From: Geotalea daltonii FRC-32
Lineage (GTDB): Bacteria > Desulfobacterota > Desulfuromonadia > Geobacterales > Geobacteraceae
Reading direction: 5' to 3'
Assembly: GCF_000022265.1 (NCBI RefSeq)
Contig: NC_011979.1
Span: 4,230,001-4,262,000 of the forward strand
Length of the DNA stretch: 32,000 nt
Positions 17,581 to 24,842 of the stretch are shown piece after piece; position 1 is the stretch's first letter; each line of letters starts with the position of its first letter. The position numbers and the translations under genes are program-made. Under the pieces are notes generated by a model. It was not told the origin of the DNA and searched no databases. It was given only the letters and a program-made list of their open reading frames with translations.

Positions 17581-19107
17581 CTATATTTTCTGCGGAATGG
17601 TGAAGAAAAACGTGGTTCCTTCCCCAGGGGTTGACTCCAACCAGATCCGGCCCTGATGCTGTTCGACGATTTTTTTGCAGGAGGCCAGACCGATTCCCGT
17701 TCCCGAGTATTCCTCTTGGGTATGCAACCGCTGAAATATCTGAAAAATCTTGTCAAAATCCTCCTGTTTTATGCCGATCCCATTGTCCCGAACGGAGAAT
17801 AGCCATTCTTGCGCTCCCAGTTCTGCCGTGACAAAAACATGGGGATGCACGTCCGGTTTCCTGTACTTGAGGCCATTGCTGATCAGGTTTTGCATCAACT
17901 GGAGCATCTGGGTTGCATCGCCCCAGATGGAAGGGAGCCTGGTACTGGTAACTTCCGCCTGGCTCTCTTCTATCGCAGTGGCCAGATTGGCCGTCGCATC
18001 TGCAAAGCTCTTATTGGTATCTACCCAGGCGAAGTCGGCCCGGCCGATGCGGGAGTATTTCAGCAGCCCTTCGATGAGGCTCTGCATTCTTCTGGTACCA
18101 TCAACGGCATAGTGAATGTAGGTGTCCGCCGTCTCGTCCAGTTTGCCGCCATATTTTCTCTGCAGGAGCTGCATGTAACTCGACACCATCCGCAACGGCT
18201 CCTGGAGATCGTGGGATGCGGCGTGGACAAATTGCTGCAGTTCCCGATTCGAGTGCTCCAGGTCGGCAACGAGACGCTCTCGCTCTTCCTCCGCCCGTTT
18301 GCTTTCCGTGATGTCGTTGAAAAGGATTGCCACCTGCCTCTTCTCCGGTTGCTTGAAACGAAAGGCGTACACGTCATACCAGCGCTGCAGCTGTTCTGCC
18401 CTGCGCTGAAAGCGAGCCGGCTCGCCCGTCAAAGCGACCCGGCAATAGATTTCAAACCAATGCTCTTCCAGCTCAGGGAGAAGCTCGCGCACCCTTTTTC
18501 CTTGAACATTGCTGAGGCTCGTCTGTTTTTCGAATGCCGGATTGGTCACCAGGAAGCGATAGTCGGTTGGCTTTTCGTTCCCATCGAATATGACCTCGAT
18601 GATACAGAAGCCTTCATCCATGGAATCGAAGAGGGTACGATAACGAGTTTCCGATTCCTCCAGTGCCCGCAACTGATCCCGCATCAGGTACTGGCGACGG
18701 CGGCTTCGCAGAGCCGACCGGACGATTGCCACCAGGGTGTTCACGCGCACAGGCCGTTCGACGAGGGTGACATCCCACGGCAGGAGCAGCGCGTCCCGGG
18801 AGACCTCTGTCTCCGGCCCAGGACGCAGCAGGACAATGATCGGCAACTCCGACCAGGGAGGCTGATGGTCCAGTGTCCGCACCAGACATTCTTTTATGGA
18901 CGGGGACAGCATTTCCTCTTCCATAAGAAGCGCTCCGACCCCCCTGTCTATTTCCGCGCCGATCTCTTCCGCTGTTGCGCACACAACTGAACTCACGCCG
19001 ATCCTGTCCAGCACCAGTGGAATGGACCCGGCATCCCGGCTCTCCGCCAGGAGCAGGACCACCTGCTCATTTTTGCCGCCGTCTTTGCCTTCGCTGCTAT
19101 ACGCCAA
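17581..19107 (-). CDS. histidine kinase with N-terminal receiver-like (pseudo-receiver) domain and PAS domain
   Basis: H-box FVHAASHDLQEPLRMV. N-box NLISNGLKYRKP. G-boxes RDNGIGI and GTGIGLASCKKI. The N-terminal roughly 120 aa have a REC-like alternating pattern, but ALLMEEEML sits where the acceptor Asp is expected. The TTG start at 19107 overlaps the kaiC-like stop by 11 nt. Confidence 0.85.
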   Translation of the reverse strand: MAYSSEGKDGGKNEQVVLLLAESRDAGSIPLVLDRIGVSSVVCATAEEIGAEIDRGVGALLMEEEMLSPSIKECLVRTLDHQPPWSELPIIVLLRPGPETEVSRDALLLPWDVTLVERPVRVNTLVAIVRSALRSRRRQYLMRDQLRALEESETRYRTLFDSMDEGFCIIEVIFDGNEKPTDYRFLVTNPAFEKQTSLSNVQGKRVRELLPELEEHWFEIYCRVALTGEPARFQRRAEQLQRWYDVYAFRFKQPEKRQVAILFNDITESKRAEEERERLVADLEHSNRELQQFVHAASHDLQEPLRMVSSYMQLLQRKYGGKLDETADTYIHYAVDGTRRMQSLIEGLLKYSRIGRADFAWVDTNKSFADATANLATAIEESQAEVTSTRLPSIWGDATQMLQLMQNLISNGLKYRKPDVHPHVFVTAELGAQEWLFSVRDNGIGIKQEDFDKIFQIFQRLHTQEEYSGTGIGLASCKKIVEQHQGRIWLESTPGEGTTFFFTIPQKI

Positions 19108-20563
19108 GTATGGGGACTCCAGTCAATACCCCCTGCATTTCAAGCAAGGTATTGCCGATGATGATGCCTTCGGCGGAAAAGGTCAGTTCCCGTATCGTTT
19201 TCTCATGTTTGCCTCTCCTCCTCTTGACTACTGAGATCGCACGCCTGATTTCTCCACGCAATTCAAAAAAGCGAATGAGCAGAATCGAGTCCGCCAGATA
19301 GCTGACATTCTCCACTTCCGTCGTCAGGCTGCCAAATAGGCCGTGCTGCTCCACGGTGAGGATCGTTGTTACCCCCTTTTGACACAGATAGGTCAACAGC
19401 TCGTGAAGCTGGATGATCAGATACTTTTCGTCGGGCATGGCGCTGGCATAACCGCTCAGCGTATCGATAACAACGATCTGGGCACTGTTCTCCTCCACTT
19501 CCCGGATAAGCATGGCAGTAAATTCTCCCCTGGAGAATTCTGCCACATTAATCTGGCGGAGTGTCATCAGCCCACTGTTAACGAGACTGTCCACCCCCAA
19601 GCCGAGCCCCTCGGCGCGTTCCCGGTATGACTCATCTGTCTCGTCGAAGAGATACACCGCCACGTGCTCGCCTCTTCTGGCTGCAGCCACAGCATACAGG
19701 TTGGCAATCGTCGTTTTCCCGGTCCCTGAAGCCCCTATGATCACCGTAGTGCTTCCCCTGTCCAATCCGCCGTCAAAAAGGAGATCCAGATTCTTGTTGC
19801 CACTGTCAACCTGTTCCCCTCGCGCTTTTTGTCGATGTTCCCCGGCGATCAAGGCTGGGAAGACGCGAATACCTGCCGCTTCGATCTTGAAGTCATGCCA
19901 GCCGCTTCGATAGGCTCTCCCCCTCTCTTTTAGAACGAGAAGCCTCCTCCTTACCGGGCCATAACCGAGCACCACCTGCTCCAGACGAATGACCCCGTGG
20001 CAGATGGTCTCCAGGTGCGCATCTAATTCGCTTTGACCGATATTATTGGTAATGACGACCGTACAGTCTCCGGCGCCCAACTCCCGTCGCATGGCCAGGA
20101 CCAGGCGGCGGTAAGATACCAGGTCGTCCGAAAGGAGCCGCAGGTCCGACATTGAATCGATCACCAGACGCTTCGGTCGCACCCGTCTGATCTCAGTCAG
20201 GAGGTCGTTAATGGCGCCGGCCGGCTCTGCTTCCGCCGAGTGAAAGATTCTTTGCTCCGGCCCACCCAGGATATCCCCGCTGATCTGGACAGAATGAAGG
20301 CTGAAAAGGTCTGGATCGAGGAATACGCTGCAGGCTTTTGCCAGGGCGACAAAATCCTCTCCGGCGCTCCCGACGGTGATATAAAGGCAGCGTTCCCCCC
20401 TGGAGATCCCTTCCGTGATGAATTGTAGCGAAAAGGTTGTTTTCCCTGTCCCGGGGCTGCCGGAGAGGAGGTACATCTTCCCCTCAGTCAGCCCCCCCCG
20501 CAGGATGTCGTCAAGGCCGGGGACACCGGTCGGTATGAGCGCTGAAAAAGTTTTTTCTTCCAT
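19097..20563 (-). CDS. kaiC: KaiC-family double RecA-like ATPase
   Basis: Two tandem RecA-like halves. Walker A motifs GSPGTGKT and GASGTGKT. Walker B motifs RLVIDSMSD and IVVIDTLSG. K-x-RG-x-x-H modules LKERGRAYRSGWHDFKI and VKRRRGKHEKTIRELTF. Strong SD GAGGAGG. No kaiA or kaiB is nearby. Confidence 0.85.
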   Translation of the reverse strand: MEEKTFSALIPTGVPGLDDILRGGLTEGKMYLLSGSPGTGKTTFSLQFITEGISRGERCLYITVGSAGEDFVALAKACSVFLDPDLFSLHSVQISGDILGGPEQRIFHSAEAEPAGAINDLLTEIRRVRPKRLVIDSMSDLRLLSDDLVSYRRLVLAMRRELGAGDCTVVITNNIGQSELDAHLETICHGVIRLEQVVLGYGPVRRRLLVLKERGRAYRSGWHDFKIEAAGIRVFPALIAGEHRQKARGEQVDSGNKNLDLLFDGGLDRGSTTVIIGASGTGKTTIANLYAVAAARRGEHVAVYLFDETDESYRERAEGLGLGVDSLVNSGLMTLRQINVAEFSRGEFTAMLIREVEENSAQIVVIDTLSGYASAMPDEKYLIIQLHELLTYLCQKGVTTILTVEQHGLFGSLTTEVENVSYLADSILLIRFFELRGEIRRAISVVKRRRGKHEKTIRELTFSAEGIIIGNTLLEMQGVLTGVPILGV

Positions 20564-20650
20564 GCAGCCTCCTCTTGTTGGATCTGGCCGCCAGCTGAAA
20601 ATCGGCCCTCCTTCACCCGCCTTGAGACTTGCACAACACTACTTGTAAAA

Positions 20651-20678
20651 AGTATAGAGCCTATTAATAGGGGGTCAA
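20651..20678 (-). promoter_or_regulatory. near-consensus sigma70 promoter upstream of kaiC-like gene, with palindromic spacer
   Basis: The minus strand reads TTGACC (20678-20673), 16 nt, then TATACT (20656-20651). The spacer contains the perfect 12-bp palindrome CCTATTAATAGG (20661-20672). It is about 90 nt upstream of the ATG at 20563. Confidence 0.5.
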
Positions 20679-20769
20679 CTTATGCAGCTAGTGTCCCGTG
20701 CGGTTAGTTCTCTGCAAGAATTTAGAGGGATTTTGGTTCCCGGCAAGGCGCGGCGACGCAGGCCTGACA

Positions 20770-20843
20770 CTAGGGACTATCGGACTTGGGGATCGTAGCG
20801 AGAGGATGAGAAATCGAGGCCGGATTTCCGGAAATTTGAGAGC
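20770..20843. repeat. MITE family 1, truncated and diverged left half
   Basis: CTAGGGACTATCGGACTTGGGGATCGTAGCGAGAGGATGAGAAATCGAGGCCGGATTTCCGGAAATTTGAGAGC aligns with the first roughly 75 nt of the 6925 copy, with scattered mismatches. No matching right end follows. Confidence 0.7.
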
Positions 20844-20904
20844 ACGGCAAGGGATTCTGTAATTGTCTCGGGAAGCTGCGGCCGCGCCTCTTTATTTTAG
20901 CCCT

Positions 20905-22362
20905 TCAGAGTGCAGCCACGCCCAGCGCAGAGGATATGGCACACTCTGCAAAATACTGCGGCTCATCGAGCGTGTGACTGGACGAAACAATGTTGAATTC
21001 TTTCTCAATGGCCAAGAATGCATCGACCAGGTGGGGATCGAATTGTTTGCCCTTTTGTCTTGCGATCTCCTTGACCGTGTCCTCGTGAGACCAGGCATTC
21101 TTATAAGGCCTTCTGGTTCTTAGGGCATCGTAGACATCGACCAGGGCGATGATTCGCGCCGAAAGGGGGATTGCTTCCCCTTCAAGCCCAAGGGGGTAAC
21201 CTTTGCCATCCCATCGCTCATGGTGATGGACTGCGATGTCGCGGGCCAGAGCCAGGTAGCTGTCCTTTTTGAAATTTTCAACAAACACGTTATTCGCCTT
21301 CAACAGCACTTCACCCGCAACTACCGTGTGCTGTTTTATCTGCTCGAACTCAAGTGGGTCAAGCTTTGCAGCCTTCAGGAGAATATCCTTCGATATGGCC
21401 GTCTTACCCACATCATGGAGCAACGAGGCAAGCTCCAAATCTGCGAGATAACCGGGCCTTTCCCTTATGCAGGAGGAATAGGCCGAGCTTTCTTCCAGGT
21501 ACGAAACCAGAAGCGCCGTGTACTCCTGGATACGAGCCAGATGCTCTCCCGTTTCCGGATCGTAAAATTCGGCAAGGCTGGCCAGGGCTTCAATGGAAAT
21601 CCGTTGTGTGACAAGGATCTCATGTGTCTGTTCGCTCACCCGCGCTTCGAGGCCCTGATTCGCTTCCTGGAGTAGCCTTTCCGCTCTGTCGCGCTGCACG
21701 ATGGCACTGCTTGCCTTGTACAGGGCAGATCCCGACAGGATCAGGACCAGAAAGGCGATGAAATAGAGCATGAAAGAGGACCTGAACAACAATTGTTTCA
21801 TGGCTTTATGCCGATCGGTAACATCGTAATAAATCTCGAAGGCACCCCTGAATACGTTGCCGGACATAAGAGGGACGTATACTTCAGCCACATCCCGTGT
21901 GAGAAATTCTCCTTCTGACGACCTCCCCTCCTTCGACCTTATTTTTGAGTAAACTTCGCCCTTGGCCACCCTGTTCCGGAAATAGCCGAGGGTGTTCATC
22001 TTGCCCATGTCCTTCGATCTGGTCGAAAAGATTACTTCCCCATTGGCGCTGAAAATCTTGATGTCCGCTATCTCGAAGTCCAACATCGCCTGATGCAGAT
22101 CAGCATTAAAACTGTTCGTGATATGCTGCCTCCCAAGGGGTTCCGTCGTCAGTGGCAATAGAGAGGCAAGATTTCGAGCCGTCCGCCGGGCATCGCTTTC
22201 GATGTTGCTCGTCAACTGGTCAACAAACTGCGGCATAATGAAAGCGGTGCTGTATGTCGGCAGCAGTGTTGCCACGGTTAAACAGACAATCCAAATGGAA
22301 CGTAACAGGGGGTGCCGCAACAGGGTAGAAATAATCTCTTTAGGTTTGCTCTGCGTTGACAT
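20905..22362 (-). CDS. HD-GYP domain cyclic-di-GMP phosphodiesterase with periplasmic sensor domain
   Basis: HDVGK and HHERWDGKGYP motifs lie in the C-terminal half. Two TM segments (IWIVCLTVATLLPTY and FMLYFIAFLVLILSG) bracket a roughly 160-aa extracytoplasmic region. Confidence 0.9.
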   Translation of the reverse strand: MSTQSKPKEIISTLLRHPLLRSIWIVCLTVATLLPTYSTAFIMPQFVDQLTSNIESDARRTARNLASLLPLTTEPLGRQHITNSFNADLHQAMLDFEIADIKIFSANGEVIFSTRSKDMGKMNTLGYFRNRVAKGEVYSKIRSKEGRSSEGEFLTRDVAEVYVPLMSGNVFRGAFEIYYDVTDRHKAMKQLLFRSSFMLYFIAFLVLILSGSALYKASSAIVQRDRAERLLQEANQGLEARVSEQTHEILVTQRISIEALASLAEFYDPETGEHLARIQEYTALLVSYLEESSAYSSCIRERPGYLADLELASLLHDVGKTAISKDILLKAAKLDPLEFEQIKQHTVVAGEVLLKANNVFVENFKKDSYLALARDIAVHHHERWDGKGYPLGLEGEAIPLSARIIALVDVYDALRTRRPYKNAWSHEDTVKEIARQKGKQFDPHLVDAFLAIEKEFNIVSSSHTLDEPQYFAECAISSALGVAAL

Positions 22363-22495
22363 GTAACCTGTTATCCCCCTTTCAAGCCTTTACCGACAGC
22401 ATCTCCCAAATTGAACTGGCCCAAGTTCTCGGTGCTGGTTCAGCCTGTGTTGCAGCGGTCTGTGGATTGCCTGCGATAAAAGCAGATAAACATGC

Positions 22496-22534
22496 AAAAA
22501 AAGCCGCAGACGGAAAAGATCTGCAGCTTTTTTT
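22496..22534 (-). terminator. bidirectional intrinsic terminator downstream of ssb
   Basis: The plus strand reads AAAAAAA-GCCGCAGACGG-AAAA-GATCTGCAGC-TTTTTTT. On the minus-strand RNA an 8-bp stem forms, including one G-U pair, followed by a U7 tract. It lies about 25 nt after the ssb stop. Confidence 0.75.
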
Positions 22535-22556
22535 ACATTTTATTAAATTCTGTCCA

Positions 22557-23003
22557 TTAAAAAGGAATATCATCATCCGGGTTGAAAACCGGCTCTTCAT
22601 ATGCAGGCCCGCCGAAGTCATCGGCAGGAGCCTGCCTGCCGCCGCCTCCCTGGCGCCCCCCGCCCCCCTCGCCCTTGCCGGAGAGCATCTGCATCTTTTC
22701 GCCGACGATCTCGGTGGTGTAGCGGTCCTTGCCGTCCCGGTCCTGCCATTTTCTCGTCTGCAGCCTGCCCTCGATGTAAACGGTTTTTCCCTTGGAGAGG
22801 TATTCGCCGGCAATTTCAGCCAACCGGCTCCATAGGGTGATGTTGTGCCATTCGGTCTTTTCTTCCCATTCTCCACTCTTGCTCTTGAACCGATCGGTGG
22901 TAGCGAGGGAGAAACTGGCCACGGCAGTACCGGCAGCGGTGTAGCGCACCTCGGGATCTTTGCCCAGGTTTCCAATGAGCATAACTTTGTTCAAACTGGC
23001 CAT
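22557..23003 (-). CDS. ssb: single-stranded DNA-binding protein
   Basis: [22 protein letters not shown]... is an OB-fold N-terminus. A Gly-rich linker follows, then the canonical acidic tail DDDIPF. The ATG at 23003 lies 6 nt after AAGGAG; the ORF-track start at 23009 is a TTG. Confidence 0.95.
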   Translation of the reverse strand: MASLNKVMLIGNLGKDPEVRYTAAGTAVASFSLATTDRFKSKSGEWEEKTEWHNITLWSRLAEIAGEYLSKGKTVYIEGRLQTRKWQDRDGKDRYTTEIVGEKMQMLSGKGEGGGGRQGGGGRQAPADDFGGPAYEEPVFNPDDDIPF

Positions 23004-23750
23004 ATGCAACTCCTTTTCTCTCTGTTACTTGATAAAAGCATTGTCAAAATGAAAATTGTTATTCAAAGAGATTTGTTTTCATTTGCGTTAGAACATATCG
23101 ATTTTTCAGCACTCGACTTTATTTGAATTCACGAACCAAAGCCAACTGATGCTCGAAATTGACTGAGTGTGCCTAATTTGCACTATCCACAAAACTTAAA
23201 ATCCGAGATGACGACATGTATCCTACCCTAAATTTTGCGTCCCAGCAAAAAAAATGTTTACTGGGGGTTTATTTCACGCCCCCTTCGTAGAAGGCCTTCA
23301 GGCACCCGATTCTATCTGGCTAATAAAAGCTGTTGTTACCCCTAATGCATCTGCTAATGCAGATTGAATAAGGATCCGCGTATTCCTTTTTCCTCAATCC
23401 CTTTCCTATCTTCATTTTGCCTTTCCTCACACAGATGAGATTATCCTCTTAGCACAAATAGCTGAAAGATAACACTTATTCGTCTTTAACAAAAATTATA
23501 AGCAGTAGCGTTAAAAACTATTTGACAACATTCAATAATTTGAATTAGGCTGCCAACTGTAATAGCAAAATTTTACAATGAAACAAAACTAAAGCCATAT
23601 CTATTAAAACGAGCCGAGCCCCCGAAGTGCAAGTGAGGAGAACGTGTAGTGCTATCTGATTTTAGGCTTCTGGTCAGAAATTTCTAGTCCGAAAGGAGGC
23701 AGGCACAGAGGACAGTGTAGAAGCAAAAAAACAAAATTAAGGAGAGGAAA

Positions 23751-24641
23751 ATGCAGAAGAAATTAATTGCAGTACTTGCAGCAGCAATGTTTATGACTAT
23801 CCCTACCCTCGGAATGGCAGTAACTAATGTGGTTGTAGTTGCAAAAGATGGTGGAGACTTTACTGATCCAGTCGCTGCGCTAAATTCTATCTATTACGCA
23901 TCTGCAACAAACCCCTATGTGCTAAAAATCATGCCAGGTGTATATGACATAGGGGATAATTACTTGAGATTGCGACCGTATATAGAGATAGAGGGTTCCG
24001 GTGAAAAAGTTACTACGATTACGGGGAATGCTGGCGCAGGCAATTGTGTGGTTAACGCTGCAAATAACAGCGGAATAAGAAATATTACAATTCAATCCAC
24101 AGCTTATGCTGGTGCTGCTTCTTGTACGCTTCTCAGTCTTGCATCTAATTTCGCTATATCTAATGCCACACTGGTCTCAACTGGTGCCGCGTCATATCAC
24201 CGCACAATTTCTGCTGGAGGTGCATCGGCATCAATGTCATTGACACACGCGACGATAATTAGTGATGGTGGTGGCGGAAGCGAGTCAATGAGCATTTATA
24301 ATGAAGGTTCAAAAGTAACAATCGTTGATTCGAGTATTCAAAGCTCAAGTTCATCAGCTGCTTCAGGAATTGTTAACGCCTACGGCGCAACCGTTGATAT
24401 AACTAACACTAAAATTGTAGCAAACGACGGAGTTGCTACTGGATCCGGTGTGAGCTCATGGGATGCGGGCTCATCTATCACAATTAAAGGATCCACTATT
24501 AGTGGAACATCAAATAAAGGCATTGACTCAACTGGAAATGTGACGATTGCCCACAGCCAAGTAACTGGCCCAATTTCTACCAGTGGAGCAAAATGTATTG
24601 GTGTATATAACACAAATTTGGCACCAGTGATATGCCCATAA
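23751..24641 (+). CDS. secreted right-handed parallel beta-helix (pectin-lyase-fold-like) protein
   Basis: Signal peptide MQKKLIAVLAAAMFMTIPTLGMA. N-terminal VVVAKDGGDFTDPVAALNSI resembles the DG-x-G-D/N-F-x-T/S motif of pectinesterase-like beta-helix proteins. Repeated short segments such as NITIQS, ISNATLVS, LTHATIIS, VTIVDSSIQS, VDITNTKIVA, ITIKGSTISG and VTIAHSQVTG fit helix rungs. SD AAGGAGAGG. Third codon positions are strongly A/T-biased, unlike the neighbouring genes. Confidence 0.65.
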   Translation: MQKKLIAVLAAAMFMTIPTLGMAVTNVVVVAKDGGDFTDPVAALNSIYYASATNPYVLKIMPGVYDIGDNYLRLRPYIEIEGSGEKVTTITGNAGAGNCVVNAANNSGIRNITIQSTAYAGAASCTLLSLASNFAISNATLVSTGAASYHRTISAGGASASMSLTHATIISDGGGGSESMSIYNEGSKVTIVDSSIQSSSSSAASGIVNAYGATVDITNTKIVANDGVATGSGVSSWDAGSSITIKGSTISGTSNKGIDSTGNVTIAHSQVTGPISTSGAKCIGVYNTNLAPVICP

Positions 24642-24842
24642 ATTATGTACTATCGCTCGAGTAGAAGGCAGGGGCACCCTCGCCTTCCACTAAAGATGAA
24701 GCAAAAATGGTAACACTACCACCGCCCCGTGGGCAAATAAATCGCAGTTAGCTATTCCGCCACGAGAACTCCAGTTTTGAAGGGGTAAGGGATTCGAAGA
24801 CTGCCTTGACTTCATTTATGTTTGGAAAAAGGGGTATCACTG

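Noticed and set aside
19097-20563. A bona fide circadian kaiABC clock locus
   Set aside because: Only a KaiC-family gene is present. There is no kaiB- or kaiA-like ORF in the window, and the first-half catalytic motif deviates. I therefore treat it as KaiC-like, not as a demonstrated oscillator.
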